From assembly GCA_944350335.1 (NCBI GenBank), contig CALVOQ010000002.1, positions 1-42,871 on the forward strand: a DNA stretch of 42,871 bases. The letters run 5' to 3'. Below the pieces are notes generated by a model, which saw only the letters and a program-made list of their open reading frames with translations, ran no database searches and was not told the origin of the DNA. A program made the translations under genes and the position numbers. Of the stretch, positions 35,576 through 42,871 are shown one piece after another. Source of the DNA: an uncultured Bacilli bacterium (GTDB lineage Bacteria > Bacillota_I > Bacilli_A > RF39 > UBA660). How positions within the stretch are numbered: position 1 is the stretch's first letter; every line of letters starts with the position of its first letter.

Positions 35576-37162
35576 ATGTGTTACTTTATTATTTCGTTAT
35601 TTTCTTATTTCATATATTTCAATATTAAACTCAAGAAAGTTATGCATATGTTTCAACAAAACAGATATCACTTGGACTCTTATACTAATTGGCTTAAAAA
35701 TAATTTTGTCAGTTGTTTTATTTCTTTAGATTTAATATTTTTAACCTTTACATTTTTAATATTTATAAATTATAAGTTATCAACAATTATATTTTTTCTT
35801 ATATATTTACTTTTGTTTTTATTAAATAGAAAAGATGTTAACAGGGAAAGCAAAAAGCCTTTGGTTATAACCGCTAGAATAAAAAGAATGTATTTTACTT
35901 TGTATTTAATTTTTATTCTTTTTTTAACGTTCCTTTTACTTAATTTTGATATTTATTTTGTAAATATTTATTATCTTATATTAGGCTTAATATTATACTT
36001 ATTATACTTATTAATTATTTTGATTAATTTTATTAATATTCCCGTAGAAAAAGGTATCTTTGTTTATTATAAAAACAAAGCAAAAAATAAATTAAAAAGT
36101 ATGAAAAATACTAAAGTTATTGGAATTACTGGTAGTTATGGTAAAACAAGTAGTAAAAATATAGTTAATGATATTTTAAATATTAAATATAATTCGTTCC
36201 CAACACCAAAAAATTATAATACACCTAATGGATTAATGCTTACTATTAATAATCATTTAGATAAGTTTAACGACTATTTTATTGCTGAGATGGGTGCATG
36301 TAGAGTAGGAGAAATCAAAGAATTATGTGATTTAGTTCATCCTACTTATGGTATTTTAACTAAAATTGGAACTGCTCATTTGGAAACTTTTTTAACTCAA
36401 GAAAATATTCAAAAAACGAAGTTTGAATTGATTGAGAGTTTGCCTAGCGACGGAATTGCTATATTAAATGGGGATGATGAGTTACAAATTAATTATCAAC
36501 TTAAAAATAATGTTAAAGTTTTATGGGTTGGTATTGAAAATAAAAATGTTGATGTTTTAGCTCAAAATATTGTATTATCTAACAAAGGAACAAAATTTAC
36601 TTGTGTGTTTAAAGATGATAAAAATAAGTATGAGTTTGAAACAAAGTTATTAGGAAAAGCGAATATTTATAACATATTGTCAGGGATAGCATTAGGGCGG
36701 GCTTTAGGTATAGGTGTTGAACAATTGATATATGCTGTAAAAAAGGTAGAGCCAGTTGAACATAGATTAGAGTTAAAAAAAGTAAACGATATTTACATTA
36801 TAGATGATGCATATAATGCCAATCCAGTTGGATCAAAGATGGCTTTAGATGTTCTTTCAATGATGAATGGGAAAAAAATAATTGTGACACCTGGTATGAT
36901 AGAACTTGGAAGCGAACAAGATGATCTTAATAAAGAGTTTGGAAAGTATATGAATGGTAAAGTTGATGAAGTCATTCTTATTGGAAAAAAAGCAACTAAG
37001 TTTATATACGATGGTTTAGTTGAAAGTGAGTTTGATATGTCTAAAGTTCATATTTTAAATGATGTCAAAGACGCGTTTGAATTAATAAAAAAATTGAGAG
37101 AAAATACAACATATGTTTTACTTGAAAATGATTTGCCAGATCTATTTAATGAAAGGAGTTAA
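35576..37162 (+). CDS. murF: MurF-type UDP-MurNAc-tripeptide--D-Ala-D-Ala ligase with N-terminal polytopic membrane region
   Basis: P-loop VIGITGSYGKTSSK and the MurF-typical IIDDAYNANP. The first ~170 aa contain about 5-6 hydrophobic helices (e.g. FVSCFISLDLIFLTFTFLIFINY, MYFTLYLIFILFLTFLLLNF) in place of the usual soluble domain 1. RBS ggagg. Confidence 0.8.
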   Translation: MCYFIISLFSYFIYFNIKLKKVMHMFQQNRYHLDSYTNWLKNNFVSCFISLDLIFLTFTFLIFINYKLSTIIFFLIYLLLFLLNRKDVNRESKKPLVITARIKRMYFTLYLIFILFLTFLLLNFDIYFVNIYYLILGLILYLLYLLIILINFINIPVEKGIFVYYKNKAKNKLKSMKNTKVIGITGSYGKTSSKNIVNDILNIKYNSFPTPKNYNTPNGLMLTINNHLDKFNDYFIAEMGACRVGEIKELCDLVHPTYGILTKIGTAHLETFLTQENIQKTKFELIESLPSDGIAILNGDDELQINYQLKNNVKVLWVGIENKNVDVLAQNIVLSNKGTKFTCVFKDDKNKYEFETKLLGKANIYNILSGIALGRALGIGVEQLIYAVKKVEPVEHRLELKKVNDIYIIDDAYNANPVGSKMALDVLSMMNGKKIIVTPGMIELGSEQDDLNKEFGKYMNGKVDEVILIGKKATKFIYDGLVESEFDMSKVHILNDVKDAFELIKKLRENTTYVLLENDLPDLFNERS

Positions 37163-37170
37163 ATTGAATT

Positions 37171-38361
37171 ATGAAAATTAAAGTTGGAGTTATTTTTGGA
37201 GGAGAAAGTGTCGAACACGAAGTGAGCATTATTAGTGCTATACAAGCAATTAACAATATAGATACCGATAAGTATGAGGTTATTCCTATTTATATAGATA
37301 AGGATAGGAATTGGTATACTGGAATGGAACTATTAAATATAAATAATTTTAAAAATCTAGACTTTTTGTATAAAAATATTATTCCTATAGTTTTATGTAA
37401 AAGAAAAAATGAATTTGTTTTGTTAAAGCAAAAAGGATTGTTTAAGCATGTTGAAAATAAAGTTGATATAGCATTTCCTATTGTTCACGGTGCAAATGTC
37501 GAAGATGGCTCATTAGTAGGTTATTTAGAAAGTATTGGTATTCCTTACGTGGGAAGTGGCATCTTAGGGTCTTCCATTGGCCAAGATAAAGTTGTTATGA
37601 AAAAGCTTATGCAAAGTGAAAACCTTCCAGTAGTGGATTATGTTTGGTTTTATGATTATGAATATGTTAATGATGAAGATTTAATAAATACCAAAATTGA
37701 AAAGTTAGGTTTTCCTGTTATCGTTAAGCCTGCAAGGCTAGGAAGTAGCGTAGGAATTACTGTTGCTCATGATATTGATGAATTAAAGGACTGCCTAGAA
37801 GAAGCAATTAAATATGATAGTAAAATTGTTGTTGAAAAAGTAATAAACAATTTAGTTGAAATTAATGCTAGTGTACTAGGCAATAGTGAATACTTAGAAA
37901 TTAGTCCATTGGAAGAAGTCATGGGAGTAGATGAGTTTTTAAGTTATAGAGATAAATACATCGGTAGTAAAAAAGATACTAAAAGTAAAGGAATGACTAA
38001 TACTAATAGAATTATACCGGCTAGAATAGAACCACAAATAGAAAGTGAAATTAAATCACTATCAGAAAAGGTTTTTAAATTATTTAACTTGTCTGGAGTA
38101 GTTAGAATTGATTTCTTATTTGACAAAAAAAACAGTAAAGTTTATGTAAATGAACCTAATATTGTGCCGGGATCTTTGTCATTTTATCTTTGGAGGGAAT
38201 GTGGGAAAAACTACAAAACTTTGTTAGATGACTTAATTACTTTAGCTATTAAAGATTACAAAAATAAAAGAAAAAAAGTGTATTCTTTTGACACCAACAT
38301 TTTACAAAATGTAAATGGGTTTAAAGGCGGAAAGGGTATGAAAAGCAAATTAAAAATGTAG
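37171..38361 (+). CDS. ddl: D-alanine--D-alanine ligase
   Basis: KVGVIFGGESVEHEVSIISA N-terminus and an ATP-grasp core (FPVIVKPARLGSSVGI...VRIDFLF...NEPNIVPG). Confidence 0.9.
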   Translation: MKIKVGVIFGGESVEHEVSIISAIQAINNIDTDKYEVIPIYIDKDRNWYTGMELLNINNFKNLDFLYKNIIPIVLCKRKNEFVLLKQKGLFKHVENKVDIAFPIVHGANVEDGSLVGYLESIGIPYVGSGILGSSIGQDKVVMKKLMQSENLPVVDYVWFYDYEYVNDEDLINTKIEKLGFPVIVKPARLGSSVGITVAHDIDELKDCLEEAIKYDSKIVVEKVINNLVEINASVLGNSEYLEISPLEEVMGVDEFLSYRDKYIGSKKDTKSKGMTNTNRIIPARIEPQIESEIKSLSEKVFKLFNLSGVVRIDFLFDKKNSKVYVNEPNIVPGSLSFYLWRECGKNYKTLLDDLITLAIKDYKNKRKKVYSFDTNILQNVNGFKGGKGMKSKLKM

Positions 38362-38539
38362 ATATACATTTATTTGCTTTTTAACTTATTATGTTTAATT
38401 CAAAAAGTTTTTACATAGTATAAGTCTTTGCGCCTTTTTATTTGCAATAATATAATGATTTTTTTATAAAAAAATTGTGTTGATTTACATTACGAACACA
38501 TTGTGTTATAATTCACTTATAATACAAGGAGTTGTAATT

Positions 38540-40501
38540 ATGGATATTGATAGGAAAATTATTAACGGCATTAGAAGTTTAAGCATTGATATGATAGATG
38601 AAGCTAAAAGTGGGCACCCAGGAATTTGCTTAGGCGCTGCACCAACAATTTATACTTTGTTTCGTTATCATTTGAAGTTTAATCCTGAGGATGGTAATTG
38701 GAACAATAGAGATAGATTTATATTAAGTGCAGGACATGGATCTGCTTTACTTTATAGCACTTTATTTTTTGCTGGGTATCCTATTAGTTTAGATGAACTA
38801 AGAACTTTTAGACAAGTGGGTAGTAGGATGAGTGGGCATCCTGAACTTAATACAAAAATAGGCGTTGAAACTACTACAGGTCCACTTGGAGAAGGATTTG
38901 CTACTTCAGTAGGTATAGCTATAGCTGAAGAGTATCTGAGAAACACAATTGGCAAAGATATATATGACTATTACACGTATGTTTTGGTTGGAGATGGAGA
39001 CTTGATGGAAGGCTTAAGTTATGAAGCAATGAGTTTGGCTGGTAGTTTGAAATTAGGCAAACTTATTGTTTTATATGACTCTAACAATGTTTCATTAGAT
39101 GGGCCTACATTTGGCGTTTTTAATGAAGACGTTTTAAAAAGATTTGAAGCATGCGGTTGGCATGTTCAAGAGATAAGTGATGGAGAAAATTATGGTTTAA
39201 TAAATGAAAGTATAAGTAAAGCTAAAACTGTGAGTGATAAACCAAGTATCATTAAAATTAACACCATCTTGGGAAATGGCACTGAAAAGGCTGGTACTAG
39301 CGAAGTCCACGGGAAACCTTTAAGCAACGAAGATATTGAACTTGTTAAATCTAAAATGAATGTCAATAAAGTCCCTTTTTATGTTTCTAAAGAAGCTGCC
39401 ACTAGTTTTAGAAATGAGTTAGAAAAAAGATGTATCCCTTTGTATAATGAGTGGGTAAGTAGATACAATGCTTTTATGTCTAATGACAGTGTAAATAAAA
39501 AAATGCTAAATTATATTGAACTTGGTGAATTTAGAATTAATTTAAAAACCATTAAAGTTAATTTTGAAGAGGGGCAAACAGAAGAACTGAGAATCACGAA
39601 TGGAAAACTTTTAAATCTCATAGGGAACTTGACACCTTTAATAATTGGTGGGAGTGCCGATGTTGCAAGTTCTACTAAAACTTATTTAACTCATGGAAAA
39701 GATTTTAAAATAAATGACTATAAAGGAAGGAACATTCACTTTGGTGTTAGAGAAAATGTCATGAGCTCAGTTTTAAATGGTCTTGCGCTATGCGGTCTTA
39801 GACCTTTTGGCAGTACCTTTTTAACATTTAGTGATTATATGAAACCTGGCATAAGGTTAAGTGCGATGATGAAACTTCCAGTTACTTACATTTTTACTCA
39901 TGATTCAGTCAGAATAGGTGAAGATGGACCTACACATCAACCTATTGAACAACTTGGTATGTTAAGAAGTATACCTAATTTTAAGGTTTTTAGACCTGCC
40001 GATGTAAAAGAACTAGTTGGTAGTTGGGACTATATAATTAATAATCGCATCCCAGCGGCTATTATCGTTACTAAAGAAAAACTTCCCGAGATAAAAACTA
40101 GCGATATTACTAATACTGAAAAAGGTGCATATATCATAAAAAAAGAATTTGGTAGACTAAGTGGTGTTATTATATCAACAGGAGAAGATGTGCATACTGC
40201 CATAGAGATAAGTGAAGAACTTGCAAAGAAAAATATAAATATACGCGTAGTAAGTATGCCTTCAGTTGAGGTATTTAATGAACAACCTAAAGAGTATAGA
40301 GAAGAACTTATGCCAATAGGTAGTAAAATAATTGTACTGGAAGCAAGTAATGATAGAACTTGGAATGAGTTTGTTTATAATAGTAAATACATTCTTAATA
40401 TTAATAAGTTTGGAGTAAGTGGTAAGAAAGCAGATGTTTTAAAGGCATTAGAATTTGATAAAGATACGTTGCTAATGAAAATTGAGAATCTTTTAAAATA
40501 A
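38540..40501 (+). CDS. tkt: transketolase
   Basis: SGHPG, GDGDLMEG and THDSVRIGEDGPTHQPIEQL motifs. The start is moved to ATG 38540 after aaggag. Promoter TTTACA-17-TATAAT (TGt-extended) lies just upstream. Confidence 0.92.
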   Translation: MDIDRKIINGIRSLSIDMIDEAKSGHPGICLGAAPTIYTLFRYHLKFNPEDGNWNNRDRFILSAGHGSALLYSTLFFAGYPISLDELRTFRQVGSRMSGHPELNTKIGVETTTGPLGEGFATSVGIAIAEEYLRNTIGKDIYDYYTYVLVGDGDLMEGLSYEAMSLAGSLKLGKLIVLYDSNNVSLDGPTFGVFNEDVLKRFEACGWHVQEISDGENYGLINESISKAKTVSDKPSIIKINTILGNGTEKAGTSEVHGKPLSNEDIELVKSKMNVNKVPFYVSKEAATSFRNELEKRCIPLYNEWVSRYNAFMSNDSVNKKMLNYIELGEFRINLKTIKVNFEEGQTEELRITNGKLLNLIGNLTPLIIGGSADVASSTKTYLTHGKDFKINDYKGRNIHFGVRENVMSSVLNGLALCGLRPFGSTFLTFSDYMKPGIRLSAMMKLPVTYIFTHDSVRIGEDGPTHQPIEQLGMLRSIPNFKVFRPADVKELVGSWDYIINNRIPAAIIVTKEKLPEIKTSDITNTEKGAYIIKKEFGRLSGVIISTGEDVHTAIEISEELAKKNINIRVVSMPSVEVFNEQPKEYREELMPIGSKIIVLEASNDRTWNEFVYNSKYILNINKFGVSGKKADVLKALEFDKDTLLMKIENLLK

Positions 40502-40512
40502 GGTTCTTTTTT
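40485..40512 (+). terminator. rho-independent terminator overlapping the tkt stop
   Basis: agaatctt (40485-40492) pairs with aaggttct (40500-40507) with one G-U, then ttttt. Confidence 0.6.
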
Positions 40513-40674
40513 AAACTTATTAAATATATAATAGCTTAATATAAGCCTAAATTAAAACTTAAATTTTTATATTAATAATTGTAAAGTCATTTTTATGTTA
40601 TATATTACATATGTTAATATAAACTTGACTTTTTAGTTAAACTACGTTATTTTTTATAAATGAAAGGAAATAGT

Positions 40675-42690
40675 ATGAAAGAATTGGTAATAGTTGAAAG
40701 TCCAAGCAAAAGTAAAACAATAGAGAAGTATTTAGGTAAAGATTATAAGGTAACTTCTAGCAAAGGCCATATAAGAGATTTGACTACCACTGGTAAATAT
40801 GGTTTAGGCGTGGATATTGAAGACAATTTTAAACCTAATTATAAAGCAATAAAGGGTAAAAGTAAGTTAATAAATGATTTAAAAAAAGAAGTAAAGAATT
40901 ATGGTGGTGTTATTCTTGCTACTGATCCTGATAGAGAAGGTGAAGCAATAAGTTGGCATTTAAAAGATGCATTGGGTTTAAAAAACTATAAAAGAGTTGT
41001 TTTTAATGAAATAACTAAAGAAGCTATTCAAGAAGCTTTTACAAATCCTAGAGATATAGATATGGATTTAGTACATAGTCAAGAAACAAGAAGAATTCTT
41101 GATAGAATAATAGGTTTTAGACTTAGCAGACTAATGCAAAGTAAAACTGACGGTAAAAGTGCGGGTAGAGTACAAAGCGTAGCGCTTAAACTTATTGTAG
41201 ATAGAGAAAGAGAAATAGAAAAGTTTGTAAGTGAAGAATACTGGACTATAAATGCAATATTTAATGATTTTGATGCAGAACTATTTAAATATAAGAATAA
41301 AAAAATAGAGATTAAAAGTGAGAAAGAAGCTAACGATATATTAGATGAACTAAATAATTCTTTTAAAATAGAAAATATTGAAAGAAAAGAAACTAAGAAA
41401 AGAAGTAGACTTCCTTTTACAACAAGTACTATGACTCAGATGGCTAGTAATAGGCTAGGTTTTAGCGCTTCTAAAACTATGAGAATCGCACAGAAGTTAT
41501 ATGAAGGAATAGATTTGGAAAATGAAACTGTTGGTTTAATTAGTTATATGAGAACTGATAGTATTAGATTAAGTGATGTATTTGTAAGTGAAACAAAAAA
41601 TTATATTAAAAATAAATATGGAGAAGAGTACATTGGTTATGTTAAAAAAGTAAAAAAGAATGAGAGTGTTCAAGATGCTCATGAAGCAATTAGACCTACT
41701 AGTATATTAAGAACACCAGAGAGTATTAAAACTTATTTGGATAAAGATGAATATAAATTATATAACTTAATATATGTAAGAACACTTGCTAGTTTGATGA
41801 GTGATGCAATTTTAGATAAAACTAATATTGTTTTCGATAATAATGATTATAAATTTAAAACTACTGGACAAATTGTTAAATTTGAAGGCTACTTAAAAAT
41901 ATATAATAGTTATGAAGACGTTAGTGATAAAACATTACCTGACTTTAGCAGTTATAAAAGCAATGTGGTAGTTAGTAAAAAAATAGAAAAAGAACAACAT
42001 TTTACCAATCCACCTAGTAGATATACAGAAGCTAGTTTAATAAAAGAATTAGAAAGATTAGGAATAGGTAGACCTAGCACATATGCAACTATAATAGATA
42101 TTCTTAAAAAAAGACTTTATATAGAAATAAATGAAAAGAAGTTTGTTCCTACTAAAACAGGAGTACAAATTACAGACAAATTACAAGAGTTTTTTAGTGA
42201 AATTATAAACGTAGAATATACTAAAGAAATGGAAAGCGATTTAGATAAAATAGCTGATGGAAATGAAGTGTGGTATGAACTACTTAAAAGGTTTTATAAT
42301 GACTTTGATCCACTTTTAAATAAAGCATTTAAAAACATGGAAAAAGATGAACCAGAAAAAGTAGGAGAAAAATGTCCTTTATGTGGTAAAGACTTAGTGC
42401 TTCGTAAAAGTAAATATGGTTCATTTGTAGGTTGTATTGGTTACCCAGAATGTAAATATATAAAAAAAGAAGAAATTAAAACTATTGAAATTTGTGATTG
42501 CCCTAAATGCGGTGGAAAAATAGTAGAAAAGAAAACAAGAAAAGGTAAAGTATTTTACGGATGTAATAACTTTCCTAAATGTAAATATGCTTTGTGGGAT
42601 AAACCTACTGGTAAGTTGTGTAGTAAATGTGGTAATTTGTTAGTTTTAAAAAATAATGAAGAAATATGTATAGAATGTAATAAAAATTAA
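40675..42690 (+). CDS. topA: DNA topoisomerase I with three C-terminal C4 zinc ribbons
   Basis: TOPRIM motifs LVIVESPSK and DPDREGEAI. Active-site Tyr context SYMRTDS. Zn ribbons CPLCG..CIGYPEC, CPKCGG..CNNFPKC, CSKCG..CIEC. The start is moved to ATG 40675. Confidence 0.92.
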   Translation: MKELVIVESPSKSKTIEKYLGKDYKVTSSKGHIRDLTTTGKYGLGVDIEDNFKPNYKAIKGKSKLINDLKKEVKNYGGVILATDPDREGEAISWHLKDALGLKNYKRVVFNEITKEAIQEAFTNPRDIDMDLVHSQETRRILDRIIGFRLSRLMQSKTDGKSAGRVQSVALKLIVDREREIEKFVSEEYWTINAIFNDFDAELFKYKNKKIEIKSEKEANDILDELNNSFKIENIERKETKKRSRLPFTTSTMTQMASNRLGFSASKTMRIAQKLYEGIDLENETVGLISYMRTDSIRLSDVFVSETKNYIKNKYGEEYIGYVKKVKKNESVQDAHEAIRPTSILRTPESIKTYLDKDEYKLYNLIYVRTLASLMSDAILDKTNIVFDNNDYKFKTTGQIVKFEGYLKIYNSYEDVSDKTLPDFSSYKSNVVVSKKIEKEQHFTNPPSRYTEASLIKELERLGIGRPSTYATIIDILKKRLYIEINEKKFVPTKTGVQITDKLQEFFSEIINVEYTKEMESDLDKIADGNEVWYELLKRFYNDFDPLLNKAFKNMEKDEPEKVGEKCPLCGKDLVLRKSKYGSFVGCIGYPECKYIKKEEIKTIEICDCPKCGGKIVEKKTRKGKVFYGCNNFPKCKYALWDKPTGKLCSKCGNLLVLKNNEEICIECNKN

Positions 42691-42785
42691 TGTTTTATTA
42701 AAATATGTTCTTTTACATATTTTTTTATGTAAAAAAAATAGAGAATCTATAAAATAATGTAATAAAGAATTATTTATAATTGGAA

Positions 42786-42814
42786 TTGACAATAATAGAC
42801 AAAAATTATAAAAT
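42786..42814 (+). promoter_or_regulatory. sigmaA-type promoter
   Basis: TTGACA (42786-42791), 17 nt, TAAAAT (42809-42814). Confidence 0.45.
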
Positions 42815-42835
42815 AATATCGAAAGGTAAGATAAA

Positions 42836-42871
42836 ATGAAACAAGAGATATTAAAGCAAACAAATGTTCTT
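42836..42871 (+). CDS. 5' end of an unidentified CDS (12 codons, runs off window)
   Basis: ATG 42836 follows gaaaggtaag. MKQEILKQTNVL is too short to assign. Confidence 0.3.
   Translation, partial: MKQEILKQTNVL

Noticed and set aside
38474-38512. Direct repeat attgtgtt (twice) plus inverted aacaca around the tkt promoter, considered as a cre/CcpA or other operator.
   Set aside because: It does not fit the cre consensus (no central TGNAANCGNTNNCA-like symmetry). The repeats are short and overlap the -35/-10 elements in AT-rich DNA, which is insufficient evidence.
1036-38955. Short ORFs in the supplied track that lie antisense to or inside long conserved genes: 1036-1221, 4448-4711, 5338-5538, 6162-6374, 7523-7732, 9797-10021, 15622-15822, 21240-21503, 22494-22772, 22934-23131, 28375-28587, 28931-29200, 29922-30125, 36793-36975, 37944-38126, 38752-38955.
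   Set aside because: All are shadow frames of well-supported genes on the opposite strand. They have no RBS, their composition is low-complexity Ser/Phe/Leu/Ile-rich as expected for antisense AT-rich coding DNA, and they carry no motifs.
42711-42734. A/T-only hairpin (ttttacat / atgtaaaa) after topA as a terminator.
   Set aside because: The stem is entirely A-T and is followed by an A-run rather than a T-run on the coding strand, so it is too weak to call.
1-42871. Search for CRISPR arrays, rRNA genes, integrases/prophage modules, restriction-modification genes or known defence-system genes.
   Set aside because: I found no regularly spaced direct repeats, no rRNA-like conserved stretches, and no ORFs with recombinase, nuclease/helicase, methyltransferase or other defence hallmarks. 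The only mobile-element trace is the decayed IS110 copy.

Overview
Strongly AT-rich chromosomal segment of a low-GC Gram-positive bacterium (Bacillota; gene content and style suggest an Erysipelotrichia-like, Mollicutes-related lineage, though it clearly has a cell wall). It uses the standard bacterial code: TGA ends rsgA, the MBL hydrolase and the 26052 gene. Most of the window is conserved housekeeping. This includes secG, the classic rlmN-stp-prkC-rsgA-rpe block, the infC-rpmI-rplT operon with an L20-type attenuator, convergent murT-gatD, and a tRNA-Ile/tRNA-Glu pair. It also includes parE-parC, ylbD/ylbE-like genes, hemW, tRNA-Ser, cysS, an alpha/beta hydrolase-murF-ddl block, tkt and topA. 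Four patches look accessory or poorly characterised. (i) A tRNA-Gly-proximal islet (about 0.1-3.4 kb) holds three unknown minus-strand genes, one of them an internal 357-bp tandem duplication. (ii) A MerR / aldo-keto reductase / membrane-anchored flavodoxin module sits at 3.5-5.6 kb. (iii) A 26.0-29.8 kb cluster holds a membrane protein, a DUF1292-like protein, two orphan Cys-rich type IV pilin-like proteins and a two-gene thioredoxin/DsbD-like module. (iv) At 31.3-34.7 kb a kinase-fold gene and a Zn-ribbon+HExxH gene flank a heavily decayed IS110-family transposase. I found no CRISPR array, rRNA, prophage or recognisable defence system. The observations most worth a second look are these: a GatD homologue that has lost both glutaminase catalytic residues while MurT looks intact; a MurF whose N-terminal domain is replaced by a polytopic membrane region; ribosomal protein L20 with a Rho_N/SAP-like C-terminal extension; the pilin plus disulfide-machinery neighbourhood; and a promoter-equipped VbhA-like mini-ORF interrupted by an in-frame TGA. 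All family assignments come from reading motifs by eye, with no searches run.
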